From: an uncultured Verrucomicrobiae bacterium
Lineage (GTDB): Bacteria; Verrucomicrobiota; Verrucomicrobiia; Chthoniobacterales; JAFAMB01
Direction: 5' to 3'
Assembly: GCA_963837955.1 (NCBI GenBank)
Contig: CAWIPH010000002.1
Coordinates: 4,928,001 to 4,992,000 of the forward strand
Length of the DNA: 64,000 bases
In this document: in pieces, positions 9,597 through 20,051 of the stretch
How positions within the stretch are numbered: position 1 is the first letter of the stretch
How the letters are laid out: each line of letters starts with the position of its first letter
Program-made: the position numbers and the translations under genes
Notes under the pieces: model-generated
Told to the model about the DNA's origin: nothing
The model's input: only the letters and a program-made list of their open reading frames with translations
Databases searched by the model: none

Positions 9597-12170
9597 CTAT
9601 CGCGAATGCACCTGCTCCGCTGCCGCCTGCGCTGGGCCTTTCTGCGGCGCGCTCCTCTGCAAGTACGCAAAAGCCGGTACCATGTAGAAAAAGGTCGTAA
9701 GCAAACACCAAAAGACGCCGAGCGCACATACAGTTCCCAGACCGCTCAAAGCGGGATTCTCGGCTGGAATCAGAACAGCAAACCCGGCAAAAGTGGCCAG
9801 TCCGCAAATGAGAAGCGGCTTTAAGACGTTGACCAGATTCTCGCGAAGATCACCTTCTCGCCGGCTCACTACTAAGAACTGAATCCCGTAATCAACGCCA
9901 ATTGCGAGCACCAGCGGAAAAGCCAGGGCATTCAGCAAGTTCACGGATAGGTGCAGCAGCTTGAGCGAAGCAACTAATCCGAGCATCGAGAGAAAAAGCG
10001 CAGACGCGTGCACAAGCCAGAGAGACCATTTTCGATAGACGATCGCCAGCAGAACCAGAATAGCAACGCCAACGATGGTCGTAAATGCGACCAGCTCGCC
10101 CTGAGCCCAGGGTACCAAGTCAAAGACGGTGAATGACCATCCAGTGATTTTTGCCTGCGGATCGATCCGGTGAATCAAATCCGAAATGTGCTTTTGTTCC
10201 GCCGCCGTTTTGATCGGATGGGGCGGTTGCACGAAGCCAACGGCACGTGTCGGAGGATTGGAGAAGTAGTGCTCGACTAGAAACCACCAACTGGACTTCG
10301 GCGGGAAAAGTGTGTCCCAGGCGGGAAGACCGGTCGCGTCCTTCTGCTGGTTGAGCGATTGCAACAGCGTGAAAGCATTCTGAAACGCGGCTAAATCATA
10401 TCCATTCTGGTCCAGGACAGACTTTAAATTTGCCTCAATTTGCGGAAAATCGAGGCTCCTCAAATACGCTCGATTTTCTGCAAACCGCTTAGGCGAAAAA
10501 GCTAACATCGAAAGTGTGCTCACAGATTTGAGCTCTCCGTCAGCCTGCGCTTTTTCCAATCCTTGGTTGAGGCGCTCGCAGCGTTCATGGAATACTTCGG
10601 GATCGCTGGAATCCACCAGGACGGTGACTGGATCGGACTCCTGATGCAATTTGTCCGCCATCTCCTGCAAAGCGATCGATGCGGGAATTTGCTTCGGTTG
10701 CAGGGAGCGCGGATTCGTGTCGAAAGTCAGCGGAATACTGGGCAAAACCGCGACGATGGCGGCCCCCAACAGGACCGCGGCCGAGACCCAAAGAACCGGA
10801 CGCGGTTCGCGGAACATCGCGTTCACAAACCGGTCCGCCCCAATCAAAATAAAGTCCGGTTTCGTGGCCGGTTTTACCGGCTTAAAGAACATGAAAAGGA
10901 ACAGGACCATGAAAAGACCGGCTGCGGCAACGCCTAGAGCGACAAGGACGCCGAGCTGCGCAAATCCCGAGCTCTTACTAAAACCGAGCACCAGAAATCC
11001 GATGGCCGTAGTCACTACGACATAAAAAACCGCGGCGCCAATGTCACGGACCGCAACAAAGACTGCCCGCGCGTGGTCATCTCCGGTCCGGCGTGCCTGC
11101 AAGTATCGACCGAACAACAGCAGACTAAAATCGACTCCCAGTCCGACCAAGATCGAACAGAAACCGATCGCTACCATATTGAGATCTCGGAAAATCAGCA
11201 TCCCCAGTGCAAGCGAAACCAGCGCGGACAACCCGAGAATCAAAACGATCCCAAGAAGGGGCAAAAATCGGCGAAATGCCAAAAAGAAAAGGGCACTCAC
11301 GATCAGGATCGACAATGTGGAACTCAGCATCCCATCCCGGTCCATGCTCCGGGATATTTGAGCGACAAACGGAGTTCGTCCGGTGACCATCACCCGCGGT
11401 TTGTAGCCATCCCACTCCCGCAAAACCTTGTCGCGGAACGCGTTGAGTTGATCCATGACATCCTGGCATTCCTTCGTGCCAAGCCCAGGTTGATTCGTGG
11501 TCGCAAAAGCAAGCTGCATTAAGCCATCGGAAGAACCAAGCGAGAAACTGCTGCCGCTGCTCGTCAGCGAGCTTGAAGACGCGAAGGGTTTCATCGCGCG
11601 AGTAAGCAAGCCCAGCGGATCCAATGTCACTTCCATCTGGGATCGAAACGACATAGCGTCGTTCAACTTGGCTCGGATACTGGTAAGCCGTTCCTCGATG
11701 GCCGACGGCTGCAACAAAGTCATCGCCTCACGGAAATCTTCGGGCGGTAAGTTCAACAGCAACAGCGGACCGACGCCCTGCAGCTGATTCAGACCCTCAT
11801 CGGTCTCGACCGGTATCTGATCGAACGTGCGCACAATCCAGGGCTGTTTCTGCAGCTCAGAAATGAAGTGGTCTCGGAAAAGGCCGAGATCGTCTGCATG
11901 CCCTTCATCTGCCAGAAAAACAAAAACGAGTTGCCGCGCCTGAGAAAACTCATTGTTATACTCTTTGAGGCCGGCGACCGATTCGAACTGAGCTGGTAGG
12001 AGGTCCAGCACCTCAGAGTCCAGGTTGTGGCGATTCAGGATAATTAGAAGGGCGAGCCCCACGATTACTGCGGCCACCGCGATTAATGTCTTAGTCCGAT
12101 GAGCTACGGTTCTGGCCAAGAACTCGGTAAGTGCGGTGGTCAATCTGGATTGGGGCGGTCTGGGATTCAT
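9597..12170 (-). CDS. MMPL/RND-superfamily membrane transporter (lipid exporter-like)
   Basis: Two repeats of periplasmic domain plus TM block; GLGVDFS and AIGVDYG motifs. Confidence 0.88.
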   Translation of the reverse strand: MNPRPPQSRLTTALTEFLARTVAHRTKTLIAVAAVIVGLALLIILNRHNLDSEVLDLLPAQFESVAGLKEYNNEFSQARQLVFVFLADEGHADDLGLFRDHFISELQKQPWIVRTFDQIPVETDEGLNQLQGVGPLLLLNLPPEDFREAMTLLQPSAIEERLTSIRAKLNDAMSFRSQMEVTLDPLGLLTRAMKPFASSSSLTSSGSSFSLGSSDGLMQLAFATTNQPGLGTKECQDVMDQLNAFRDKVLREWDGYKPRVMVTGRTPFVAQISRSMDRDGMLSSTLSILIVSALFFLAFRRFLPLLGIVLILGLSALVSLALGMLIFRDLNMVAIGFCSILVGLGVDFSLLLFGRYLQARRTGDDHARAVFVAVRDIGAAVFYVVVTTAIGFLVLGFSKSSGFAQLGVLVALGVAAAGLFMVLFLFMFFKPVKPATKPDFILIGADRFVNAMFREPRPVLWVSAAVLLGAAIVAVLPSIPLTFDTNPRSLQPKQIPASIALQEMADKLHQESDPVTVLVDSSDPEVFHERCERLNQGLEKAQADGELKSVSTLSMLAFSPKRFAENRAYLRSLDFPQIEANLKSVLDQNGYDLAAFQNAFTLLQSLNQQKDATGLPAWDTLFPPKSSWWFLVEHYFSNPPTRAVGFVQPPHPIKTAAEQKHISDLIHRIDPQAKITGWSFTVFDLVPWAQGELVAFTTIVGVAILVLLAIVYRKWSLWLVHASALFLSMLGLVASLKLLHLSVNLLNALAFPLVLAIGVDYGIQFLVVSRREGDLRENLVNVLKPLLICGLATFAGFAVLIPAENPALSGLGTVCALGVFWCLLTTFFYMVPAFAYLQRSAPQKGPAQAAAEQVHSR

Positions 12171-12272
12171 TTAGAAGACTTTGGGGCGAGTGCTGAAGAA
12201 CTACGTTATCGGACCGTGACGTGCAACCTCGCTGCCCGCTTCGTCCGCCGAGACCAGGTTGAGACTGGCCAG

Positions 12273-14204
12273 TCAATGGTTGGCTTCGATCGGCTCAAGA
12301 ATATGCTGCGCTAGTAGTTTCTCAACGGCTGCAACCACTCTGTCGACCTTTACGCCCTCCATACATCTGAAATCGATTGGGCAAGTCCGGAGAAAACAGG
12401 GACTACATTCTACTTTGTGGCGAAGAACCTCGTGGAAACCGCCGATCGGGCCGGTTAATGCCGGTTCGGTAGAGCCAAAAATAGCTACGGTCGGGACTCC
12501 GAGGTGAGCAGCTAAATGCATGGTACCAGTGTCGTTGGTGAGCAACAGTTGACAGCGCTGCAGCTCGCGAATCAACTCCGCTAAAGAGGTCTCCCCCGCC
12601 AAGTTAGTCGCAGCAGAACCAATTTTCTGAGCCACATTCTCAGCCAATTCTCGTTCTTTGGCCGTGCCGAAAACCAGCCAACGAAGCTGGTGTTTATCCG
12701 CTAAGATTCTGGCCGCTTCACCAAAGTAGGGCCAACGCTTGGCCGGCCCGTATTCAGCCCCTGGGCACAGCCCCACGGTGCGCGGTTCCCCAGCGATCCG
12801 GGGTGTCTCCGGCAATGTTTCCTGGAGATCGGCACCTATCTGTTCGGCAATTCGCAAATAGATCTGCGCATGGTGAGCCGTTTCGGCGGGCTGTTTCGGT
12901 TCTGGAACAAACTGATTCAAAAAAAAGTCTCGCCAGGGCCTGTGATAGCCAACTCGCCGCGGAACGCCGGCAAGCCAAACTTCCAGTCCGGTGCGAGACG
13001 AGTTCGGGAACAGAATAGCGACTTCGAACCGGTTTCTAATCTTCTGCGCCACCCGCCATGCGTTTTCCCTTGGCTGGATGCCAATGATATCGTCGACCTC
13101 CGGAACGGTTCGCCAGAATTCGACCAGCTTTACTTGGGTGAGGATCGTGACGTGCGCATCCGGTCGACCACGTTTGATCCGGCGCACCGCTTCCACCGAC
13201 ATAACCGCGTCTCCCAACCAGTTACTTGAGCGGATCAACAGGCGAAATGGCTGCAAGCGCTCGTCGCCGGCTGGCAGGTAAACACCCCGTTTGTAGGTCC
13301 GCAAAAGAAACCGAGGCGAAGGAGTTTTCCATCGATTGTGTACCCAGAACCAATCCGCCGGATTTTTCTTAATCTGCGCCTCTACCTTCCGGTTCAACTC
13401 GGCCGTGGTCTCCTCGATCGAAGCACTTTCGTTGAGGCTGAGATAGCGAATTTCAATCCGCCATTTTGCTGGCCCCACCGTTTCCATTCCGCCGGCCAGC
13501 AGACGCGCATCGGTTCGCTTCGCCAAAATAGCGGGTAGTGTTGAAGTTGAAGCAAGACGACCAAATAATGGCACCCAGACACCCTTATCGCCGGCATGCT
13601 GGTCAACTAGCAGCGCCAACAAACCGCCTCGCTTTAATATCCGCACGCTGCGAGTAAGTCCCTCGCTCCGATCAATCGCTTCCATCCCGTCTCGGGATCG
13701 GCTTTGCCTGACATGCTCATCCACCAGGAGATTCCGCTGTCTTTGATAGATGACACCAAATACCAGACGATCCATCCAATGGGGCAAAGTGCTGAGTAGT
13801 TCCCAATTGCCAACGTGGGTCACGGCAGCTACGACGCATCTGGCGCGAGCGGACTCTTCGGCTGTTTCTTCGACTGTAGTGAAATCAATGAACTGCTTTA
13901 CTTCCTCCCAGGGTTTATCCCCTAAGACAAAGCCAGAGAGCAGGTTCGCCACAAGATTTTGAAAGTGAATTCGAACGCAGCGCTCCACTTGCGACGGCGT
14001 CCAATCCGGGAACGCGATCCTGACATTTCGCCTGGCCAATCGTCGGTAAGGGAATAAGAGGGCATATCCGAGAAAACCGATGGCTTGACCTCCGCGGAAA
14101 ATCCAGATGACCGGTAGCAGCGAGAGCAAGAAGCCTACCGAACGGTAAACCGCGTACACCAGATAGTCGCCGACTGTGGCTTTCTCCTTCCGGCGCTTAC
14201 TCAT
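12273..14204 (-). CDS. waaF: Fusion: lipid A late acyltransferase (LpxL/HtrB-like) plus heptosyltransferase II (WaaF, GT9)
   Basis: N-half HVGNWE, LLVDQHAG, WFWVHNRWK; C-half RSSNWLGDAVM, PGAEYGPAKRWP, TNDTGTMHLAA; single uninterrupted ORF. Confidence 0.9.
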   Translation of the reverse strand: MSKRRKEKATVGDYLVYAVYRSVGFLLSLLPVIWIFRGGQAIGFLGYALLFPYRRLARRNVRIAFPDWTPSQVERCVRIHFQNLVANLLSGFVLGDKPWEEVKQFIDFTTVEETAEESARARCVVAAVTHVGNWELLSTLPHWMDRLVFGVIYQRQRNLLVDEHVRQSRSRDGMEAIDRSEGLTRSVRILKRGGLLALLVDQHAGDKGVWVPLFGRLASTSTLPAILAKRTDARLLAGGMETVGPAKWRIEIRYLSLNESASIEETTAELNRKVEAQIKKNPADWFWVHNRWKTPSPRFLLRTYKRGVYLPAGDERLQPFRLLIRSSNWLGDAVMSVEAVRRIKRGRPDAHVTILTQVKLVEFWRTVPEVDDIIGIQPRENAWRVAQKIRNRFEVAILFPNSSRTGLEVWLAGVPRRVGYHRPWRDFFLNQFVPEPKQPAETAHHAQIYLRIAEQIGADLQETLPETPRIAGEPRTVGLCPGAEYGPAKRWPYFGEAARILADKHQLRWLVFGTAKERELAENVAQKIGSAATNLAGETSLAELIRELQRCQLLLTNDTGTMHLAAHLGVPTVAIFGSTEPALTGPIGGFHEVLRHKVECSPCFLRTCPIDFRCMEGVKVDRVVAAVEKLLAQHILEPIEANH

Positions 14205-14262
14205 TCTAGAGACCTGTAGTCGAAGGCCACCAACAAAGTCCAAAGCTTTTCTTTAGTAGGTC

Positions 14263-15159
14263 TCAACCGCGCGGATGAAATCGCCGATGGATAGATTTGA
14301 GCCTGCTCTGGTCCACATGGGTATAAACCTCAGTCGTGGAGATGTCGGCATGTCCAAGGAGCTCCTGGATGATGCGCAGATCGGCTCCGTTGCTAAGGAG
14401 ATGGGTAGCAAATGAATGCCTTAGCAAATGCGGATACACGTTGGTCTCGAACCCGCCTAGCTCAGCAATTTCTTTGACAATCTGCCACATCCGCTGGGTC
14501 GTCAGCCGGCGCCCGTGGCGCGCGAGGAAAATTTCGCTGCCTGTGCGCCTGCTAACTAAGGCTGGACGTTCTGCGGTCAGATAGCGGGCAATCGCTTCGC
14601 ATGCCTGCCGGCCCACCGGTATCATTCGCGTTTTGTTACCTTTTCCGGTGACCCGAATGAAGCGTTCTTCCAAATTCAAATGTTCCAATCGGGCATTCGC
14701 CAACTCGCTGATCCGCAACCCGGAGGCGTATAAGAGCTCGAGCATCGCGCGATCGCGCAACGGAAATGCGCGGCTTTTGAGGTCTATCTCCAGGAGGCGG
14801 CTAACCTCCAATTCGTTGAGCGTTTCAGGCAGATAACGGGTAAGTCGCGGGAGCACCAGCAACTCGGCGGGGTCGCCAGACACAAGTTTCCGCGCGTTTA
14901 GAAACCGGAAGAATATCTTGAGGGCGACCACGATTAGTTTGAGTGAGGCCGGCGCCAGTCCACCCCCTTTGCGTTGTCCAAGATAGCTTGTTAGATCTTC
15001 AATCTGGACCTCCTGTGGCTCGCCCTTTTTCTGCGATATCCACTCAGCAAATTCCTCCAACGATCGTCGGGTCGAAAGCTGATAATTCTCCGAAAGCCCA
15101 CGCTCAGTAGCCAGGTACAGGATGAACTGATCAATCGCTTCCGGAAATGTGATGCCCAA
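14263..15159 (-). CDS. xerD: Site-specific tyrosine recombinase XerD
   Basis: ERGLSENY, RDRAMLELLYASGLRISEL, GKGNK, HLLRHSFATHLL, QELLGHADISTTEVYTHV. Confidence 0.9.
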   Translation of the reverse strand: MGITFPEAIDQFILYLATERGLSENYQLSTRRSLEEFAEWISQKKGEPQEVQIEDLTSYLGQRKGGGLAPASLKLIVVALKIFFRFLNARKLVSGDPAELLVLPRLTRYLPETLNELEVSRLLEIDLKSRAFPLRDRAMLELLYASGLRISELANARLEHLNLEERFIRVTGKGNKTRMIPVGRQACEAIARYLTAERPALVSRRTGSEIFLARHGRRLTTQRMWQIVKEIAELGGFETNVYPHLLRHSFATHLLSNGADLRIIQELLGHADISTTEVYTHVDQSRLKSIHRRFHPRG

Positions 15160-15202
15160 CAGGCGTGATTATAGAGGCCGTGTGAGTGTTTGGCTAGCGC
15201 TC

Positions 15203-15228
15203 GGTAGGCACGCGCTGCCGCGCGTCCG
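15203..15228 (+). repeat. GTAG-type REP-like half element
   Basis: ggtaggc-acgcgc-tgcc-gcgcgt-ccg: GTAG followed by a GC-rich palindrome. Confidence 0.4.
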
Positions 15229-15345
15229 TAGTCGTCTCAGCAATGAACGCGCTGCAAGCGCTCCCGGCGACCTCGTAGTCGGCACGCACCCAAATTCCAA
15301 CTTGAGATCTTGGGAAAACCGTTCACTCTTACAGACGCTCAAATC

Positions 15346-15419
15346 GCGGGCATAGCTTAATGGTAAAGCTCCAGCCTTCCAAGCTGGCTATGAGGGTTCG
15401 ATTCCCTTTGCCCGCTCCA
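15346..15419 (+). tRNA. tRNA-Gly (anticodon TCC)
   Basis: GCGGGCA acceptor stem pairing TGCCCGC, anticodon arm ccagc-cTTCCaa-gctgg, GGTTCGATTCC T-loop, encoded CCA. Confidence 0.97.
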
Positions 15420-15534
15420 AATGCTTCAAACTCACTAACGGGAGATTCTTAGGCCCGTATTTACTATAATTTCTATTAAACTTCGACGGAACGCGGCCGA
15501 TTAAATAGTCGGTTACAAACCTGAGTACAGACTT

Positions 15535-15945
15535 ATGAGTCAGATATACCGCGTAGAGGTTCCCGCCCGCGGCAGGTCCGGTTCCTCGCAAGGCCTGCCA
15601 CGATTCGTAGTGATGGTCGAAATTCCTGACCACGCCATCTCCGAATCGGAAGATCCCGGATCACCCCAGTTGCAGCTGAAAGCTCTCGGAACCGCCATGA
15701 ATGCCACCTGGAACCAACGAGTGAGGTACCGGAACTTCCAATTCTCATCTTGGTCCAGTTCGGTAGCGGTGGAGGCCAATCCTGCCGACTATGGAGCAGC
15801 CAGCTTTAGGGACAGGGAGGGTTATCGCGCATGGATACTAGAGTCACCTTTAGTGGCAAGACCCGCCAATCGAGAAGATGGTTTCGTTAGCAACGCGACT
15901 GCGGGTGAAAAGACACGCTCCCTTGGCGGCCGCTTAGCATTATGA
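15535..15945 (+). CDS. Hypothetical protein (unknown family)
   Basis: ATG start after AT-rich region, protein-like composition, ATGA overlap with next ORF. Confidence 0.6.
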   Translation: MSQIYRVEVPARGRSGSSQGLPRFVVMVEIPDHAISESEDPGSPQLQLKALGTAMNATWNQRVRYRNFQFSSWSSSVAVEANPADYGAASFRDREGYRAWILESPLVARPANREDGFVSNATAGEKTRSLGGRLAL

Positions 15946-16139
15946 TTGAACCGAATTGGGGGGGACCAGCGGCGGTCGATCTTTATGCCTCATGCTGCGA
16001 TCTCGTGGACAGCGTGCTGGCAAGAGAGATCAGCCCAGAAGATGCCAGTCGGCGGCTAAGGGAATTGAAGAAACGCCTCATTGCGGAGAGCGCTCAAAAC
16101 TCTTCGGGCACAATTGGCGCTTTTACATGCCAGCCTTGA
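15942..16139 (+). CDS. Small hypothetical helical protein
   Basis: ATGA-coupled to previous ORF; amphipathic helices. Confidence 0.45.
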   Translation: MIEPNWGGPAAVDLYASCCDLVDSVLAREISPEDASRRLRELKKRLIAESAQNSSGTIGAFTCQP

Positions 16140-16360
16140 TAGCCCTGCTTTCGTTCTGGGGAGCGTTGTTTTCGTGTCGGCGGTTCGATTCCGCCACTAC
16201 CTATTGTCCTTCCAAATCAACGACTTACGCCGGAAAAAGAGGCGAGCAGGCGCTAATCCCATAACAGATTCCATAACGGAATTTTCGGGACAGCTCTGAC
16301 CATCTTGTCACATTGGTATCAGCACCAGCACGGCGAAATCTACGAGGTCGTATAAGGCGT

Positions 16361-16669
16361 TCAAATCACCCAAACGGTGATTCCATCGTGCTCGTCTTGA
16401 GGCCTGAGACCCTTGATTTCGGGCGGATCAACGTACTGGAACCGACTTCTGGTTAGCTGGTATTCGCCGAGATTTTTAGTCGCGAGGATATTTGTTACCG
16501 CCACCTGTTCCGCGAGGTGTCGGACAATCGCGTTATCTTGAGAATCCTGGTCCCCTATTTTGGTTCGATATGCCCGGATGCGCGCGGCCGGAACTTTAGC
16601 AAACGCCGTGTGCTCTTCGCGAGTTGAAGAAAATATAGTAACCTTAAGGTAAACGTCTGCTGAGGGCAT
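16361..16669 (-). CDS. Hypothetical protein (unknown family)
   Basis: ATG start, alpha/beta-like pattern, ends GITVWVI. Confidence 0.65.
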   Translation of the reverse strand: MPSADVYLKVTIFSSTREEHTAFAKVPAARIRAYRTKIGDQDSQDNAIVRHLAEQVAVTNILATKNLGEYQLTRSRFQYVDPPEIKGLRPQDEHDGITVWVI

Positions 16670-16861
16670 GAGTTCGAGAATACCACATCACGGGTCCGAT
16701 GAACGGCTAATAGCCCGATTTTAGTCGCCCGCTTGCTGACGGGCGCGGCTTGGAATCGCGATTGGTTGTTTGGAGGTGCTTATCGAGCCGCGAGGTATGG
16801 GAGAGGGTGCCAGACGGCATTCTTCAGCAGCCTGATCGAGAAACCAATCCTTCTTGCGAAT

Positions 16862-17580
16862 CTATTCAGGCCCGAAGGCGATTCCGTAGGATTGGTTCCG
16901 GAGCGGAATCTCTTTGATCACCGCGCCAGTAGCGACATCGATCACCGACGCGGAGGTAGCGCGTAAGTCCGTGGCCCACAGCTGGCTGGCGTCGGGCGTG
17001 ATTGTTAGCGAACCGGGGGCTTGCCCGGCCGGGATCATCTTGACGAGTTTTGTGTGTGGTTACGTCGACTTCGAAGATACCCGCGGTAGTGCTATCGGTA
17101 GCGAACACTTTCGTGCCGTCCGGCGCAACCGCCCCCCGTACTCGAGGAAGAGCTGGCTGCCGCTGTTGATGGCTCCCACAGGCACGCTGGCGGCCACGCC
17201 TGTGCTACTGAGCGCCACCAAGTTGGACGTACCGGAGCTTGGACTCAGCAGCGTGCTCCCGTCCGGGCTGATCGCCATCCCGCCAACCGACGCAATCGTA
17301 TCAATCAGCGCCACAGTCTGGCGAGTCGCGACGTTCATGACTGCGATTTCCGGCCCATTCACTGGCACATATGCTGTGGTTGAATCCGGCGAAAACAGAA
17401 TTGCACCGGGCGATTGACTTGCCGGTAGCGTGATTGTGCTGGTCCCAAAAGTACTGGTCGAAATCACGACGATGATCGAAGCGACGCCGTTATGCAGCGG
17501 GAATTCTCCAAGCCAGGCTTGTGACCCGTCGGGAGTGATCTTGATGAAGCCCGCGGAAACCTTGGAGGTAGCGGAATGGT
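16862..17580 (-). pseudogene. 5'-truncated, frameshifted YncE/YVTN beta-propeller gene
   Basis: Blade repeats ITPDGSQAW, FSPDSTTAY, ISPDGSTL, ITPDASQLWAT..SVIDVATG..IAFGPE* split by frameshifts; no start or signal peptide. Confidence 0.8.
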
Positions 17581-17678
17581 TTCGACCGCCGCGTAGGAGG
17601 CAACTTGACTATCGAAGTGCCGGTCGAGGTCGAGTCTTTCACGATTTCTCCAAACCCTCCAACACTCCCCTGCTCGCC

Positions 17679-20051
17679 TCACGCGATCGCAATCTTCTCG
17701 CGAGCTAAGGCATCATTCACTGCTACCGCAAGATCACTTCGCAACTGAGCCCACTCCCGAGACCGATCCGTCCAAACCCGAAGTTGGAAGGTTATCGCAC
17801 CAGCGGTGAAGTTAACTATATACACCTGCGGCGCTGGTTGCTTGGCTACATCAGGATGACCGGCGGCAACACTTTTCAATAATTCGACCACGCGTTGGGT
17901 ATCCGCGCCTCCGACCACGTTGACGGAGACTTCGACCGCTCGCTGTTGGTCCGAAAAAGTCCAATTCGTGACTTGACTCGAGATGAGCGAGCCGTTCGGT
18001 ACGATGACTTCAGAACCGTCTGAGGTACGAATCACGCTTGCCCGGATACCGATGCGGCGGACCTCTCCTACATTGCCGCTAACCTCAATAACGTCGCCAA
18101 TTTTGATCGGACGTTCAAAAAGTAGAATCAAGCCGGACACAAAGTTATTGATGACATTTTGTAGTCCGAATCCGATCCCCACGCTCAGGGCCCCGGCTAG
18201 GATGGTGATCTTGGTCAGATCAATGCCAAGTGCTGCCAAGGAGATCACGAGTCCCATCAACAAGATGGCGTAGTGAAGCATTGTTGAGATGGCATACGGG
18301 ACGCCGGGTGGGAGACGGAAATGATGATAGACATCTTCTTCCAGCAGAAAACGCAGGAATCTCGAAACCAGAAAGGAAGCCCACACGGCGAGTAAGAATC
18401 CTAGGATTCGGCCCACAGAGATATTGACAGAGCCGATTCCAAGGTTTGCGTTCAGAGCGGTCTTCACAATTGCGCTGAGCGGAGTTACAAAACCAAAATA
18501 GTTCAGTAGGAGATACAGCCAGAACAAGAAGGCAAGAAACCCCACTACCCGGCAAGTTCGCCGACTAAGCATCGGGCGATGTAGAGTAATGACCCGCAAC
18601 GAGCCAAGTGGTCGGACATGCAAGGCAATAACGATTAGTCCTTCGATGATCCGAATCGCAGCGTAGAGCACGGCTGCGATGTTGACGCTTCTGAGAAACG
18701 TGACTCCCACCAAGTTGCCCAAGTTGACGTATCCGAAAATATCTGCGAGGAACGCCGCCGGCAAAAGAATCAACCCAATTTTGGCAATCAGTCGCACTGC
18801 TTGCAAAAAACGGTCGTCGGTCCCGGCAGCCGTTGTCTTTAGATGCCGGCTACGAAGGAGCCAGACAAGAAAGAGAGACGCGCCCAGCATTTGCCCGAGA
18901 AATATGAGCCTGGCCAACTCCGGTAGAGAGGCCACTAGTACTCGGAGCTGACCCACGAAATACAGGATGACGAGCGCGTTGAGAATAGGATACAAATGTC
19001 GTTCCAGGAGCCGTCGAAGAACGATTATGGTCGGAACTAACGCTACGGTGACAATGATTGCCTGAATCAAGCTCGGAGCGAGCGCAAGGATTGACGGGCT
19101 GATGACGAAAGCAAGCACGAAAGCGGTTGAAACGGGGAGATCGAGGATCGGCATCGCACCCTGCAGATCTGGCTTTTCATCCGCTATTTTTCGTATTCTG
19201 CGCCGCATCCAGTGAAGTGCGATGGCGGTCACTAGAATGAGAACGGCATGGGTCAGGAAGGCAAAAGGGACCCGTTTGGTGAATGCCGTTGATGCTTTCA
19301 GTTGCGAAGAAAACGACTCGCTACTTCGCTGCATCATCTCGCTGCCCAGGCCGGTCTCAGCGCTCCAGATGGGCGGACTATCTCTTACCAGCAGACTTTC
19401 CAATTCCTGCTTTTGTACCTGGACGACCGAAGACAGAGCTCTTCGCACCCGGGCTTCCTGCTCGGAAACGCGGCTCTGCAAGGTCAAAACCTGGGCGCGG
19501 CCGGCTTCGGCCGCGTGTCGCGTCCGCTCAATGGAGTCGACTACGTTTTGCCCGCTCTGGAAGACCGGGGGAGACGTGTCGGGCTGTTTCGCTGATTGGA
19601 GCGTTGCCTGCCAGGTCTGGGTCATCTGATCCAGATGGGCAAGTTCCTCTTCCAGACTTGTGGCACGCTGGGCCAGCTTTCCGGCTAGCGCCGATAAATC
19701 ATCGGCAAAGCTTTGCCAAGTACTCCTTAACCGATGAAGCATGTCGAGGGACGGACTCGCTTTTAGCAGCCTCATGTCTTCCGCTATCCTGGCATCGATT
19801 TCACTCGTCAGATCCGACAGGCTGGCCACGATGACACCCGCGCTCGACTGGCCCTCCGCCAAACTTGTGTCGACCTCCTGTAAAGACGCGATCGCGGACT
19901 GCGACTCTACGGCGACTATGGTTAGCGGGATGGGTGTGGGGGACAGATTCGGTTTCTCCGGCGAGGCAGAAGCTTGCTCGCCTTGTGCCACGCCAACGCT
20001 CGAAATCAAAGCTAGGCTGAGAACTAAAGCGAGTCGCCTTCGGGAGGTCAC
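17679..20051 (-). CDS. Large MscS/MscK-family mechanosensitive channel
   Basis: Signal peptide from GTG 20051, coiled coil, multi-TM region, GALSVGIGFGLQ..NNFVSGLILLFERPIKIGD. Confidence 0.92.
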   Translation of the reverse strand: MTSRRRLALVLSLALISSVGVAQGEQASASPEKPNLSPTPIPLTIVAVESQSAIASLQEVDTSLAEGQSSAGVIVASLSDLTSEIDARIAEDMRLLKASPSLDMLHRLRSTWQSFADDLSALAGKLAQRATSLEEELAHLDQMTQTWQATLQSAKQPDTSPPVFQSGQNVVDSIERTRHAAEAGRAQVLTLQSRVSEQEARVRRALSSVVQVQKQELESLLVRDSPPIWSAETGLGSEMMQRSSESFSSQLKASTAFTKRVPFAFLTHAVLILVTAIALHWMRRRIRKIADEKPDLQGAMPILDLPVSTAFVLAFVISPSILALAPSLIQAIIVTVALVPTIIVLRRLLERHLYPILNALVILYFVGQLRVLVASLPELARLIFLGQMLGASLFLVWLLRSRHLKTTAAGTDDRFLQAVRLIAKIGLILLPAAFLADIFGYVNLGNLVGVTFLRSVNIAAVLYAAIRIIEGLIVIALHVRPLGSLRVITLHRPMLSRRTCRVVGFLAFLFWLYLLLNYFGFVTPLSAIVKTALNANLGIGSVNISVGRILGFLLAVWASFLVSRFLRFLLEEDVYHHFRLPPGVPYAISTMLHYAILLMGLVISLAALGIDLTKITILAGALSVGIGFGLQNVINNFVSGLILLFERPIKIGDVIEVSGNVGEVRRIGIRASVIRTSDGSEVIVPNGSLISSQVTNWTFSDQQRAVEVSVNVVGGADTQRVVELLKSVAAGHPDVAKQPAPQVYIVNFTAGAITFQLRVWTDRSREWAQLRSDLAVAVNDALAREKIAIA

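Noticed and set aside
14263..15419. Tyrosine recombinase next to tRNA-Gly as an island integrase
   Set aside because: Size and motifs fit housekeeping XerD; it lies 5' of and divergent from the tRNA, co-oriented with LPS genes
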